DNA of 64,000 nt from Eledone cirrhosa (GCA_964016885.1 OZ024763.1:30442001-30506000), one strand, 5' to 3'; positions 25,767 to 40,711 are shown, counted from the first letter of the stretch. Notes: generated by a model from the letters alone, not told the origin. Numbers and translations: made by a program.

Positions 25767-28612
25767 TCATCATCATCATCATCATCATCGTTTAACGTCC
25801 GTGTTCCACGCTTGCATGGGTTTGGACGGGGATTTTCCCACTTGAGGCAAGAGTGATTGTCTTGCTCGCATAGGACTGTCTGGCAGGTTTTCTACAGTTG
25901 GATGCCCTTCCTAACACCAACCACATTTACAGTGTGGGTCTGGGAGGTTTTTACCGTGTTGCCTACACGGCCACATTACAGCGTGGACTGTGTGTTTTTT
26001 TGTCGTGACACCTACACGATCTCATTTGTTTCGGCCTGGATGGTGTGGCACCAACATAACTTTACATAGAAGGGGGCGGTGTGGATGGGGTGGGGGTGGT
26101 GGGACGGGGGTGTATTTTGTTAGAGATGCCTACTGACTGTAGTAGGTTTTACTTTGTATTTAGGTAAGGCGGGTCTTCTCTATTACTGAGTTCCGCCAAA
26201 GGTCTCGGTCCAGTGACATTGTCTTGGTGAGGTGTAAGTGTGTGAGGTCGGAGTTTATCAGCTCGTCCCAGGTTTTTCTGGGTCTGCCTATTCCGTGGCT
26301 ACCGTCTATCTTTATTGCCCTGCACTTTGTTATACAGCTATCGTCCTTCATGCGCATCATGTGACCATACCAACGTAGCCTTCTCTCTAGTAAATAACAT
26401 CTGATCCCTCTTATTTCTAATTTTTTCCTTAGTTCGTTTATGCTTTGTCGTTCACGTATATTACTATTACACATCCAGCGGAGCATGCAAGCTTCGTTTC
26501 TCTCTAGTCTGCGTATATCCTCTGCACACAATGCCCAGGTCTCACTGCCATGCAACATTGCTGTTCGTATGCAGGCATCGTACAACCTGCCTTTCATTTT
26601 TAGGGAGAACCCTTTAGCGGCTAATAGTGGTATAAGCTCTCTGAACTTTTTCCACCCAGTTCTGACTCTAGCTACTGTACTTTCAGAGCACCCTCCCCCA
26701 CTGCTGATTTTGTCACCCAGGTAACGGAAGCTGTCCACTATTTCTATAGAACCCTCTGCGCAGTTGAAAGAGCTAGTATTTTGTGGGCACTTGCTGCTAC
26801 TTATTGCCCCAGAACACCGGCCACATGTAAAATCTATGTTCTTAGTTAGCTTACCTGTGATCCCACTACATCTTTTATGAACCCAAACTTTGCATTTGGG
26901 ACACAAAATGGAATTTCTACCTACGCCTTTCCTACACTCTGCGCATGGCCACTTCCCGGAGGGGACCGCCGCCTTATTTTCTTTCTTACAAACTAGAACT
27001 TTAGTCTTAGCCAGGTTAATTTTAAGGCCTTTTGATTCTAGCCCGTGCTTCCATGTTTGGAATTTCTTCTCTAGCTCGGCCATTGATTCAGCTATGAGCG
27101 TTAGATCATCTGCGTATAGGAGTTCCCATGGGCAGCCGGTCTTGAACTCCACTGTTATAGCCTGGAGGGCAATAATAAATAGTAGGGGGCTAAGAACAGA
27201 GCCCTGATGAACCCCAACTTTTACACTAAACTCTTCACTATATTCGTTGTTAATTCTAACCTTGCTGACTGTTTCTTTATACATGGCTTGTATAGCTCTC
27301 ACAAGCCATTCATCGACACCTAGTTTTCTAAGAGACCACCAGATAATGGAACGGGGGACTCTGTCGAAGGCCTTCTCCAAGTCGACGAAAGCTAAGTATA
27401 GGGGTTTACTTTTAGCTAGGTACTTCTCCTGTAGTTGTCGTACAATGAAAAGAGCGTCTGTGGTACTTTTTCCTGACACAAATCCGAACTGCATTTCATC
27501 TAGATCAATTCGCTCTCTGATTAGTTGCGCTATTACTTTTTCCGTGACCTTCATGACCTGGTCGATTAATTTAATGCCTCTATAGTTACTCCTATCTAGG
27601 GCATCTCCTTTACCCTTATAACAGTTAACGATAATGCTGCTACGCCAGTCCTTCGGAACAACCTCATTCTGTATGACTTGGTTGACTATCCGGGTGACCA
27701 TGGTGTGTCCCACCGTACCAGATGCCTTCAGCATCTCGGCAACTATTTCCGAAGGCCCAGCCGCCTTGCCTGTCTTCATATCTTTGATTGCCTTACTTAT
27801 TTTACTACCCTCGACTAACACTGCTGGTCCCTCTATTGGGTCGATGTGGGGGAGACTGTCTTTCTCCCATTTATTCTCCTCATTGAGTAGCCTTTCATAG
27901 TGACACTTCCAAGCTACCTTCTTATCGGCGTCGGTGATGGCAAGTACGCCGTCATCGTTAAGTACACACTTCTCCCCGACAATATCACTGTTTTCCTTGA
28001 CACATTGCCTAGCAATCCTGAACACCTCACGTTTTTGGTCCTCACGTTGTAGAACATGCTTGAACTTTCTTTCCTCTGCTTCCCTTCTTGCGAAGTACAC
28101 TTGTCTCCTAGCTTCCCTCCTGGCCACTTGATAGTCTTCTCTGCTTCCCCCATCCCGCCATACTTTCCAAGCCTGCTTTTTGGCCTTAATTGACCCCTCC
28201 ACCTTACTGTTCCACCACCATGTTACTCTCCTCCTGCCTACAGGCTTGCTCCAGCCACAGACTCCGTCTGTCGCCGTCAGCAGGTTTGCTTTCAGGAATT
28301 CCCACTGTTCCTCTACCTTGTACGACTCTATTTGCTCTTCCTTACTGTCGAAAGCATCAAGTAATATGCTTTGGAATTTATTTTTGGCTGTGGGGTCCTT
28401 TAGCTTCCATATTTTTCTCCTGAGGGTAGTCCTCTTCTGTTGCCTAGTACGTCTCGTCCTGACTATTAGGTCGCTGATTATCAGTCTATGTTGGGAGGTG
28501 CATTCTTCATGGGGGAGGGATTTAGTGTTTACAACAGTCACTTTGTCACGTCTTCTGGTAAGGATATAATCTACCTGGCTGGTATGTTCCCCTGATCTGT
28601 AGGTGATCAAGT
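25767..28612 (-). mobile_element. 5'-truncated RTE LINE (family B) inserted in TA/CA microsatellite
   Basis: (CAT)n tail at 25767, 3' UTR to 26159; begins abruptly within the APE domain at a (TA/CA)n junction. Confidence 0.95.
26160..28612 (-). pseudogene. Open but 5'-truncated RTE ORF (end of APE, RT, PHD-type finger)
   Basis: [18 protein letters not shown]...FVDLEKAFD...LLYADD...[26 protein letters not shown]...CGRC. The listed ORF start at 29045 is read-through of microsatellite. Confidence 0.92.
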
Positions 28613-28639
28613 GATATATACATATATATACATATATAC

Positions 28640-28672
<33 letters not shown>

Positions 28673-28777
28673 CATACATATATACATATATATACATACA
28701 TATATATATACATATATATGTATACATACATATTATATACATATATATGTATACATACATATTATATACATACATAT

Positions 28778-28820
<43 letters not shown>

Positions 28821-28845
28821 GTATACATACATATGTATACATACA

Positions 28846-28885
<40 letters not shown>

Positions 28886-28921
28886 CATACATACATATAT
28901 ATATATACATACATATATATA

Positions 28922-29522
28922 TGGTGGCTGCCAACTCGTTTTCGAGTACGGCCACTACTTTATATCCATGTAGGAGAACCCCTACCGATGCGCTGAACGA
29001 GTGTGACTTTTTAGTCCAGCCAGCGACTTGAAAACTCTGGTACAAACACTACACTTGTGACAATTACTGACACATAGTGCTGGGCCCATGGTACCATGTG
29101 ACGACAAGTGCAGAGAGATCTCCAGATATAAAGCAATGCCTGTGCCGTGAAGCTTTTATAGTGAGCAAAGGCACTGCACAAAGCCAGTCCCACTCTCTTA
29201 ACCAAGATGATATTTACCAAAAAGAAGAACAAGTCAACATCATTGGATACCATCAGGGTTGCAGGTGTTATATCAGAGTTTTCCTTCTCCTAGAATTCTG
29301 CCTTGACAAAGGCTAAGGGGTCATCTCTCCCGGTGATTTTGGATGGCCATTGACTCTTAAGAGCTCCTTTGCCCTTTGACAGGTTTTGTTTTTAGTCCTG
29401 CAGGATGTCCAAAGTCACCCTCCTCACCAAGAAACCTTGGTGGGGTTGCCAGTTTAGTCGCCAACGACCCGACCATGAGACAGGTTGTACTGGGATACAT
29501 GTTACCAGTAGCACCAACTGGT
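28922..29522 (-). mobile_element. Non-coding ~600-bp retroposon (probably non-autonomous RTE derivative); 5'-shorter copy at 41435-41836(+)
   Basis: Two highly similar copies in opposite orientation, both ending gagttggcag(c/a)cacc plus an (ATRT)n tail; ctaggagaaggaaaactctg block resembles RTE 5' regions (from memory). Confidence 0.7.
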
Positions 29523-29606
29523 ATACATACATATACACATATACATACATACATATACATACATACATACATATATATACATATATACATACATACATAC
29601 ACACAC

Positions 29607-29637
<31 letters not shown>

Positions 29638-29806
29638 CATACATACATACATATACATACATACACACACACATACATACATATATATACACACATACAT
29701 ACATATACACACACACATACATACATATATATACACACATACATACATATATATACACACATACATACATATATATATATATATATACACACATACATAC
29801 ATATAC

Positions 29807-29849
<43 letters not shown>

Positions 29850-29944
29850 TGTTCCTGTCTGTTGACCTGTGATAAACAGGCAAAACTCCAGAGTAACAAG
29901 ACCCACTATTTAGCTTTAATAAAATTAATATATACATATATATA

Positions 29945-29987
<43 letters not shown>

Positions 29988-30699
29988 GGGTAAGTGAGAA
30001 AGAAAGAGAGATAGTGCTGTGTGAGAGGAAGGTGGAGGAGGAGGAAGAAGAGAGGGTGATTGCTTCTCTGTTAATGAAGTCTTATTTTGAAAAGTATTTT
30101 GTTGCTAGATCAGTAATTTGCAGCATAATTTAATCAACTTGAAATCAATTAGAGTAATGAATGGGTTAAAAAGTAGAGAGATATATACAGATAGATAGAT
30201 ATATAGATAAAGACATAAATAGAGATGGAAGGAAGGAAGGATGGAGGGAAGGAGGGGAGGGAAGGAAGAAAATACAAACATGGAATGAAAGAAAGAAGGA
30301 AAGAAAGAGAGGAGGCAAGACAGAAAGAAAGAAAGGAGGCAAGACAAAGAAAGAAAGGAGGCAAGACAAAGAAAGAAAGGACAGAAAGAAAGAAGGAATG
30401 AAACAAAGAAAGACAGAAAGAAAGAAGGACGGAAAGAAAAAAAGAAAAAAAGGGGGGAAAAAAGGACAAAAAGAGAGAAAGAAAAAAGAGAAAAAGAAAA
30501 GCATAGAGAAGCTGAGAAAGAGAAAGATGAAATCTACTGAGCTACACTACCCTCTCCACCGCCCCTCCACCTTCTCCCCCACCCCGTCACCTCTCGTCTG
30601 TCTTTTTTATTTTATTTATTTTAACACATAAAAGTAGTAAAAGCAGTTAAAATAATGATATATAATGTTTTAAGATGTGAAATCACGATTGACTGATTG

Positions 30700-32845
30700 A
30701 TGTTATTCTGGGAAACATGACGCAGCTTTGGGTTGTGTAGGTTAAGGTGTTGATTTGGCAAACCATGAGGGGCTTCTGGGATGAGCTGTGTTGCAACACC
30801 TTGGATGAGTGTCTGCTACTGTGTAGGTGCGAGGCGCTAATGCATAGCCCTCAGGTCCTATTGTGTAACGTGAGGTAGGTATGGGTTGGTAAACCATGTG
30901 GTGATTCTGGGATGAGTTATACTGGTGTTGCAACACCTTGGATGAATGTCTGTTACTGTGTAGGTGCCAGGTGCTGCTGTGTAGCCCTCAGGTTTTGCTG
31001 TGTAATCTGAGGTGCTATTGTATAACGTGAGGTAGGTGAGGGCTGTGTAGGTTAACCCTTTAGCATTCACATTATTTTATATATACTATTGTATTTTCAT
31101 GGTAAAGGCTTTACCTCGCATAATTCATCATTTCATTTTTATCATTTCATTTTACGTCCGCTTCTCCCTGCTTGCAAGGGTGGGACGGGAACTGATTCTG
31201 GCTTGATTTCTACAGCTGGATGACAACGACAACGACGACAACAACAACAACAACAACAACAACACAGGATTTTTATCATCATCATCATCATCATCAACAA
31301 CGACAACAGACCACCGAATAATTTTCTATCATCACCATCACCATCATTGTCATTGTCAACAGGCAATTGAAAAAATAATCATCAACATCAATACATCAAC
31401 CACAGATCATTGAGGAATACGATCGTGAATACAAGCAGCTGAAATGGGGTTCTTTTAAAGGGTCTTTGGAGATCACAGGAGTCACTCCAGGTAGAGCTGC
31501 TACTTCTCTGAATTCAGAGATCACAGCTCTGATACTACGGACATGTGATGAAGAATAAGAAGGGAGATGATGAAGAAGGGAGATGATGAAGAAGGGAGAT
31601 GAAGAAAGGAGATGATGAAGAACGGAGATGAAGAAAGGAGATGAAGAAGAGGCGGAGAAGAGGTGGAGAAGACGAAAGAAGAGCAACAAGAACTGGCTTT
31701 TAATTTCGTTAAAAATATTGTGTAAGCAAGATTTAACGAGTATAACAATAAATTAGTATCTTTGACAGTGTAATTGTGTAACGAGGAGAGACGTGCCAGT
31801 TGGAGAACATAACCAAATTAGACAACAATATTTCTAGTTTTAATTATCACATTTTTATTATATTTGAAGAAAAAGAAATGACAAAAATAAAAAAAAAAAA
31901 CCAAATCATTTCTCCATTTATTTTTAGTTTCTTTTGATTCTTTCATTGATTTCTGTTATTAGACTGCGGCCATGCTGGGGCACTGCCTTGATTTAGTTGA
32001 TCATGTCAACCCCAGTACTGTTGTTTGACTGCGGCCATGCTGAGGCACTGACTTGATTTTAGATGGTCACATTGATCCCAGTACTTCTTTTAATGATTTC
32101 TTATTGTCAAACTGCTAAGTTCCAGAACATAAGTGCAGAAGACACAAATGTAAACTTAGACACAGACACACACACACAGTCATGCACGCACACACAGAGG
32201 AGCTCCTCAGATAACACAGTAGCACCTCAGATACTACTGTGTAGCCATCAGGTGCTACTGTGTAGCCTGGGGCACAACTGTGTAATCTGAGGGCTACCTA
32301 GTAACACCTGAGACCTACACAGTAGCAGAAACTCGCTCAAGGTGCCACAACGCAGCAAAACTTATCCCAGAAGCCCCACATGGTTTGCCAAATCAACACC
32401 TTAACCTACACAACCCACACCTGCGCCATGTTTCCCAGGATAACATCTCTCTCTCTCCTAATTTACAATTAGTCACTCACCTAAGGTGTCGCAACACAAC
32501 TTATCCCAGAAGCCCCACATGGTTTGCCAAATCAACACCTTAACCTACACAACCCACAGCTGCGCCATGTTTCCCAGGATAACATCTCTCTCTCTCCTAA
32601 TTTACAATTAGTCACTCACCTAAGGTGTCGCAACACAACTTATCCCAGAAGTTCCACATGGTTTGCCAAATCAACACCTTAACCTACACAACCCATACCT
32701 ACCTCAGAATACACAGCAACACCTGAGGCTACACAGTAGCACCTGAGGGCTACACAGTAGCAGACACTTGCCCAAGGTTCTGCAACACAGTACAAATCAT
32801 CCCAGAAGCCCCACATTGTTTACCAAATCAACACCTTAACCTTTT
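30700..32845. repeat. Dispersed repeat in inverted orientation (30700-31050 vs 32200-32845), with ~137-bp tandem duplication in the right copy
   Basis: ggttaaggtgttgatttggcaaaccatg vs catggtttgccaaatcaacaccttaacc repeated. Confidence 0.8.
31416..31553 (+). pseudogene. Decayed RTE RT fragment
   Basis: Reads IRS*IQAAEMGFF*RV ... QVELLLL*IQRSQL*YYGHVMK. Confidence 0.8.
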
Positions 32846-33254
32846 AGTGTTCAAACCGGCCAAAACAGGCCAGAATTCTCTACCTCTTTCTGTTGAAACA
32901 GGCTGTAACTGGTCGCTCAAACTGATGTTAAGGTATTGTTCTCAAAATAAATACTTTCAAAATCTCATAGATTCGATATTATGGCTTAGTGGTTAGAGCA
33001 TTGGCCTTGCAATCGAAAGGTTGTGAGTTCAATTCTCAGACTGGGTGATGTGTTGTTTCCTTGAGCAAGACACTTTATTTTACATTGCTCCAGTTTACTC
33101 AACTGTAGAAATGAGATGATAGGGACTGGGGTCCCTACCATTCAACTGCAAAAGTGGTCGTGGAGGTGCCACGGCAAAAAAAGCACCCAGCACTCACTGT
33201 AAATGAGGTTGGTGTTAGGAAGGGCATCCAGCTGTAGAAATCAAGCCAATGAAC

Positions 33255-33478
33255 CCACTAGCAAGATGGTTGGATAACATCCATGAGCTTGGCTGGTCAT
33301 ACTTGGGGATCCAGCCAGATCTGTTGGAGACGATTGCTTCTGATAGGACCCACTGGAAGGAGTGTTTGAGGACTCTGAACCCACAAGCAAGATGGTTGGA
33401 TAACATCCATGAGCTTGGCTTGTGTCTCGTGGGGGTCCAGCCAGATCAGTTGGAGATGGTTGCTTATGACAGGACACT
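33255..33478 (+). mobile_element. Two tandem RTE 3' ORF fragments, same family as 21600-21760 and 57620-57790
   Basis: RWLDNIHELGW...LGIQPD...DRTHW repeated. Confidence 0.75.
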
Positions 33479-34080
33479 GGAGCATTGTGAAATAAAGTGT
33501 CTTGCTCAAAAACACAGTGTGTTGCCAGGAATTGAACTCAACATGATTAACTAACAACCCTAGAAGGTAAGGGATGCTACAGCATGGCCTCAATCTAATG
33601 ACTGGAAGAGGCAATACAAACTCACTGAAACAAGATTACGATAGGAAGACAAAGATAAGAGGCAGTGGTTGAGGTTGTGGTGATGATGGTGATGAAGACG
33701 GCGAGGACAGAAACTGGCAGAGACACTGACAGGTGGAAACACACACACACACACACACACAAGCAGAGACACAGAGACAGACAGACAGACAGACACACAA
33801 ACACACATACACATACACAACCACACAGAGACACACACACACACACACACAAGCAGAGACACAAAGACAGGCAGACACACAAACACACATACACACAGAC
33901 ACATACACAACCACACAGAAACAGACACACACACAAACACATACACACACACAAGCAGAGACACAGACACATCCACACAGAGACAGACAGACACACAAAC
34001 ACACATACACACAGACACAACCACACAGAAACAGACACACAACCACACAGAAACAGACACACACCCACGCAGACACAGTC

Positions 34081-34147
<67 letters not shown>

Positions 34148-34886
34148 CAGAAGTAGCGTGTTAAATCTGTATAAATCAAAACTATCTTATCTCAATATCA
34201 TCTCATGTATTTGCAATCAACAAAATTTCAAACCAAAACTTTTTTATCTCAAATTTTACAGAAAAATAAAATAAAAAATATAAAAATAAAACAAAAATAA
34301 TATAAAAATAATGTATAAATAAAATAAAATATAAAACATAAAAATAAAATAATAAAATAAAATAAAATGAAATAATTTCTTTTTTTTTCTTCAAAAGTTT
34401 TAAATTAAGAATCATTTTAAATTTGTGTAACATCTCAAATCCATTCATTCATGAATTATTATTACCATTATAACTTTATTACCATTATTATTATTATTAT
34501 TATTATTTTCGGGTGTTCGACTCTGGTCACAACGCTGATGATGAGAATTCTATGTCGGCCCATGTGGCCAATTTAAAAGAGAACCAGAAACGAAAGAAAT
34601 ATGATATTTTCAAAAAAATTTGGAAATTTAAGAATTACATTTTTATGCAAATTATTCAAGTCAAAGAGCAAGAAATGAGCAATTGAAGTTATTTATAGAA
34701 ACAACAGAGTCATAAGATATAGTGTGAGGTGAGGGAGGAGCTCCTAATTATGTTGTTACAGCTCACACCTGAGATAGACTGGCATCCTGTCCAGGGGGAA
34801 GTCTTGTAGTCTAAGTCACTTCACGCCAGGAAACCAGGATAAGCATCAACCAAACGAGCCTTAATTGGCTTAAGACAGACTTTAAA

Positions 34887-35098
34887 CCCTTTCGCATTTA
34901 AACCGGCCACTGCATCTGGCCAGAATTCTCTCACCTCTTTCTGTTCAAAATGGTCGTAACTGGCTGCTCATACTGATGTTACGGTATTGTTCTCAAAATA
35001 AATATCATCAAAATCTCATAGATTCAATATTATGTGAGATAATTGCCTTTACCACAAAAATATAATAGTATATATAGAATCATTTTAATGCTAAATGG
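34887..35098. mobile_element. piggyBac-like MITE; partial copies at 31056-31125 and 32840-32980
   Basis: ccctttcgcatt...aatgctaaatgg TIRs with TTAA-like flanks; other copies begin ttaa|ccctttagcatt and ttaa|ccttttagtgtt. Confidence 0.65.
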
Positions 35099-35264
35099 TT
35101 AGGCTTTAGATTTTTAAATTAAAATTTCTATCATCATCATTATCAACACGCAATTGATAAAAATGATCATCATCATCGACATATCATGAATAAAATTTCT
35201 ATTCCACAACATTACAATCACAAGTCCAACTCCCAAGTAGGCCACACTCCTAGTATCTTCACTA

Positions 35265-35510
35265 CTAGACCACACCATAAGGCTAGACCACACCACTAGA
35301 CCACACTACTGGTACCTTCACCACTAGACCACACCACTAGTACCTTCACCACTAGACCACACCACTAGTACCTTCACCACTAGACCACACTACTAGTACC
35401 TTCACCACTAGACCACACTACTGGTACCTTCACCACTAGACCACACTACTAGTACCTTCACCACTAGACCACACCACTAGGCCACACTACTAGTATCTTT
35501 ACTACTAGTG
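35265..35510. repeat. 28-bp minisatellite
   Basis: Unit cactagaccacacyactrgtaccttcac, about 7 copies. Confidence 0.9.
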
Positions 35511-35950
35511 TCTTCATTAGTAGTGCTACTATCATACTACACTAGTTCTGTGGTGAGAAACTATAAATACCAGATAAATTCTACTTAAAATGACTATAGA
35601 TAGTAAAATAACCTATTTCTTTTATATCAGACTTAAATTATAGACTTGTTATATATTATATTATATATAGAAGTCATTATATGTTATATTATAAACGGTG
35701 GATTGGCAGTATCGGTAGAGGGTTAGACACCATGCTTTCCAGCATAGTTACGTCCCTTTACGATCTGAGTTCAAATCCTGCCGAGGTTGACTTTGCCTTT
35801 CATCCTTACGGGGTCAATAAAATAAAGTACCAGTAATGCACTGGGTAATTGCTGGCCTTGTGCCTAAAGTAGAAACAATTATATATTATATTATATATTA
35901 TTTTATTTTGTTATATTATATTATATTATTTTATATTATTTTATGTTATA

Positions 35951-37256
35951 CTAGCAGTAAAGCCCGGCGTTGCTCAGGGTCGCTCAGTAGCTGTGTTAAA
36001 GTTACAATGTTAAGTTTCTTTCTTGGCTTAAAAACTGTAGTGTCTACTGTGCAGACTTGCATGTGGTGTTTTTGATTAATATTCCCTCAACCAACAATAT
36101 GCCTTATGAAGTTAAGAAAACATAACGATAACCCGAATGTTATAACAAAAGAGGATGCTGGGGATAGAAACTGCACTGGTTATTTATTAACAAAGATCGA
36201 AAATGTAAACACTGCAACGCAGAGAAAAACATTAGCGTAACCAAATTATCAGTTATGTCTGTCTGCACGCCTATATCACCTCTCTGCATGACTGTCTGTC
36301 TGCACGCCTATATCGTCTGTCTGCACGCCTATATCGTCTGTCTGCACGCCTATATCACCTCTCTGCACGACTGTCTGTCTGCACGCCTATATCACCTCTC
36401 TGCACGACTGTCTGTCTGCACGCGTATATCACCTCTCTGCACCAACCAACAATATGCCTTATGAAGTTAAGAAAACATAACGATAACCCGAATGTTATAA
36501 CAAAAGAGGATGCTGGGGATAGAAACTGCACTGGTTATTTATTAACAAAGATCGAAAATGTAAACACTGCAACGCAGAGAAAAACATTAGCGTAACCAAA
36601 TTATCAGTTATGTCTGTCTGCACGCCTATATCACCTCTCTGCACGACTGTCTGTCTGCACGCCTATATCACCTCTCTGCACGACTGTCTGTCTGCACGCC
36701 TATATCACCTCTCTGCCCGACTGTCTGTCTGCACGCGTATATCACCTCTCTGCACGACTGTCTGTCTGCACGACTGTGTCTGCACGCCTAACGACGAAAT
36801 ATTTGCTTGTTTTACGTAGTCTTTAAATAGACTTGTTTTCAAGTAAAAATATTGTTTTAAAATGCTTTTAAATGGAAATGAAGCAAAACGGAAGCTTAGT
36901 GTTCGAACTGATGAATTTTGCAGGTCAATATTTTGCTGGCTCGACAACTGTCTGTTCGTGTATTGTGTTAATGTCATTTTAAACGCTGAGAAAGCCAGCG
37001 TAATTTTTTACGTAAGACGCTCAATGTAAACAGAACAAAGGGAAATAACTGATAACTTACGCTCAAAAATCGATACATTATATTCGATTTCGTCACATAG
37101 GGTGGGTCAATTTGAAATTTTTTTTTTTTCGATGTCTTCGCTAGGGCTCAATGTACAAGTATAGCAATTTCGGTGCAATTCCGTGAGAGATTCTAAGAGG
37201 AGATGTGTGCCAAAAATCGATAGACAGACAGACAACCACAGTTTTATATATATAGA
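35951..37256 (-). mobile_element. Non-autonomous Helitron
   Basis: Minus strand starts A|TCtatatatataaaa followed by (GTCT)n and ends in GC-rich hairpin ccctgagcaacgccggg plus CTAG|T; internal 355-bp duplication (36088/36443) with a 37-bp minisatellite. Confidence 0.85.
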
Positions 37257-37632
37257 TTATATTATTTTTGAATTGGCAGTATCGGTAGAGGGTCGGACGC
37301 CATGCTTTGACGCATAGAGTTACAGCCCTTGCCATTTTGAGTTCAAATCCTGTCGAGGTTAATTTTGCCTTTCATCCTTACGGGGGTCGATAAAATAAAG
37401 TACCAGTCATGTACTGGGTAATTGCTGGCCTTGTGCCGAAAGAAGAAACAATTATTTTATATTATATTATATTTTATTATATTATATTATATTGTTATAT
37501 TATTTTATATTGTGTTATATTATTTTATATTGTGTTATATTATTTTATATTGTTATATTATTTTATATTGTGTTATATTATTTTATATTGTTATATTATT
37601 TTATATTGTGTTATATTATTTTATATTACGTT

Positions 37633-38040
37633 ATCATCATCATCATCTTCGTTTAACGTCCTTCTTCCACGTTAGCATGGGTTAGACGGGAGTTGTCCCA
37701 CTTGAGGCAAGGTTGGTCAGGTGACCGTGTCTCGCTCATATAGGACTATCTGGCAGGTTTTCTACAGCTGGATGCCCTTCCTAACACCAACCACATTTAC
37801 AGTGTGGAACTGGGAACTTTTTACCGTGTTACTTACACGACCACATTTCAGCGTGGACTGTGTGTATTTTTTTCTTGTGACACCTACACAATCTCGATCT
37901 CATTATCTCATTTATTTGGACTGGATGTTGTGGTACCAACTTTACAGAGAGAGGGTGGTGTTGGTGGGAGTGGGAGGATAGGGTAGGGGTAGTGGATTGG
38001 GGTGTATATTTGGTTAAGAGGTGCCTACTGACTGTAGGTT
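37633..38040 (-). mobile_element. RTE 3' UTR fragment (related to 11484-12281 and 46487-46790)
   Basis: Shared RTE tail block and (CAT)n end. Confidence 0.8.
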
Positions 38041-38239
38041 TCGCGTTATATATTGTTATATTATTTTATATTGTGTTATATTATATTATATTGTTATATT
38101 ATTTTATATTGTGTTATATTATATTATATTGTTATATTATTTTATATTGTGTTATATTATATTGTTATATTATTTTATGTTATATCTCTCTGGGTGTTTG
38201 GTGTAGTAGTATAAAACAGAATTATGGATTTAAAAGATT

Positions 38240-39620
38240 TTATCATCATAATCATCATCATCATCAGCAGCAGCATAAACAACATCATCATCATCACCAT
38301 CATCATCCTCATCACCATTATTATAATCATCATCAGAAGCATTATCAGTTATCATCATCATTATCATCACCATTATTATAATCACCATCATCATCATAAC
38401 CATTATCAATCATCAACATTATTAATCATCATCATCATCACCAGTCTTATAATAATCATCATCAGTCATCATCATCATCACTGTTATTATCAACACATAC
38501 CTTAAATAAAAAATCTTTATGGTCGTTATTATTCTTATCAACACACACCTTGAATAAAATTGGTATCATCACCATCACCATCACCATCATCACCATCACC
38601 ATTGTTTTTGTCATTATTAACACACAAGTGAATAAAATAGTCTATCATCATCATCCTCATCACCATCATCACCATCAACAACAACAACAACAACACTCAA
38701 TTTTTATCATCATCACCATCACCATCAACAACAACAACACCACTCAATTTTTATCATCATCATCATCATCATCACCATCAACAACAACAACAACAAGACC
38801 ACTCAATTTTTATCATCATCATCATCATCATCATCACCAACAACAACACCACTCAATTTTTATCATCATCACCATCACCATCAACAACAACAACAAGACC
38901 ACTCAATTTTTATCATCATCATCATCATCATCATCATCAACGGACCACCGAATAAAATTTCTATCATCACCATCACCATCAACAACAACAACAACAACAA
39001 CGCCACTGGATTTTTATCAGCATCATCATCATCATCAACAACGACGACAACAGACCACCGAATAATTTTCTATCATCATCATCATCATCATCACCATCAT
39101 TGTCATTGTCAACAGGCAATTGAAAAAATAATCATCATCATCAACATCAATACATCAACAACAGATCATTGAGGAAAATGTTCTATCATCATCATCATCA
39201 TCATGAACAACAACAACAACAACAACAACAAAAACACCACTGAATTGTTATCATCAACATCAGCAACAACAACATCAACAACAAATCATTGAAGAAAATG
39301 TTCTATCATCATCATCATCATCATCAACACACAGTTAAGAAAAAACATTGTCATCATCATCATCATAAACATATTGACTAAAACTTCTATCATCATTATC
39401 GTCGGCATCATCATCATCATCATTGTCATCATTATTGTCATCATCATTGTCATCATCATCATTGTCATCATCATTGTCATCATCATTATTGTCATCATTG
39501 TCATCATCATCATTGTCATCATCATCATTGTCATCATCATCATTGTCATCATCATCATTGTCATCATCATCATTGTCATCATCATTATTGTCATCATCAC
39601 TATTGTCATCATCATTGTCC

Positions 39621-39651
<31 letters not shown>

Positions 39652-40679
39652 CACCACCATCACCATCATCACCACCATCACCATCACCATCATCATCACC
39701 ACCATCACCATCATCATCATCACCAGTATCACCACCATCACCACCATCATTATCACCACCATCACCATCATCATCACCACCACCATCACCATCATCACCA
39801 TTATCACCACCATCACCATCATCATCACCACCATCACCATCATCATCATCACCATTATCACCACCATCACCACCATCATTATCACCACCATCACCATCAT
39901 CATCACCACCACCATCACCATCATCACCATTATCACCACCATCACCATCATCATCATCATCACCACCATCACCATCATTATCACCACCATCACCATCACC
40001 ATCATCATCACCACCATCACCATCACCATCACCATCACCACCATCATCATCACCATCGTTATCTATGCACACACATTGAAAAAAATGTCTTTTATCGTTA
40101 CTATCATCCCGACCATTACCTCCAACACCACCACCACCATCATCATCATCATTATGGTCACCATCACCACCATCAACAACACACACACACATTGAACAAA
40201 TCTCTCATCATCACCATCATCATCATCATCATCATCATCATCACCAACAACACACACAGAAAATTCATTTTTTACCATCAACATTATCATCATCATCACC
40301 ATCAGCATCATCACTATCACAACCAACAACACACACACACAGAACAAATTTCTTACCATCACCACCACCACCACCACTACCATCATCATCATCATCATCA
40401 CCATCAACAACAACAACACAAAGACAGAAACATTTTTTACCACCACTACCACTACCATCACAACCACCACCATCATCATCATCATCACTATCACCACCAA
40501 CATACACACACACACAGAAGAGATTGTTTGCCACCACCACCACCCTCACCATCATCATCATCACCATCAACAACACACACAGACAGAGCAAATTTGTTTG
40601 CCACCACCATCATCATCATCACCACCAACAAGATACACACCACACACAGACAGAACAAATTTTTTACCATCACCACTAT

Positions 40680-40711
<32 letters not shown>

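Noticed and set aside
28613-29045. N-terminal extension of the 961-aa ORF
   Set aside because: Read-through of microsatellite and an adjacent retroposon, not part of the RTE protein.
31405-31490. Apparent exon IIEEYDREYKQLKWGSFKGSLEITGVTP with ag/gt borders
   Set aside because: Another frame reads as decayed RTE RT (IQAAEMGF...YYGHVM), and the acceptor lies in a repeat also found near 39165.
34535-34600. CTGATGA...GAAA possible hammerhead (similar at 47953 and 48790-48825)
   Set aside because: No convincing stems I-III.
39286-40195. Gly/Asp-, Ser/Pro- or His-rich ORFs
   Set aside because: Degenerate (ATC/ACC)n repeats open in several frames, with no splice or complexity evidence.
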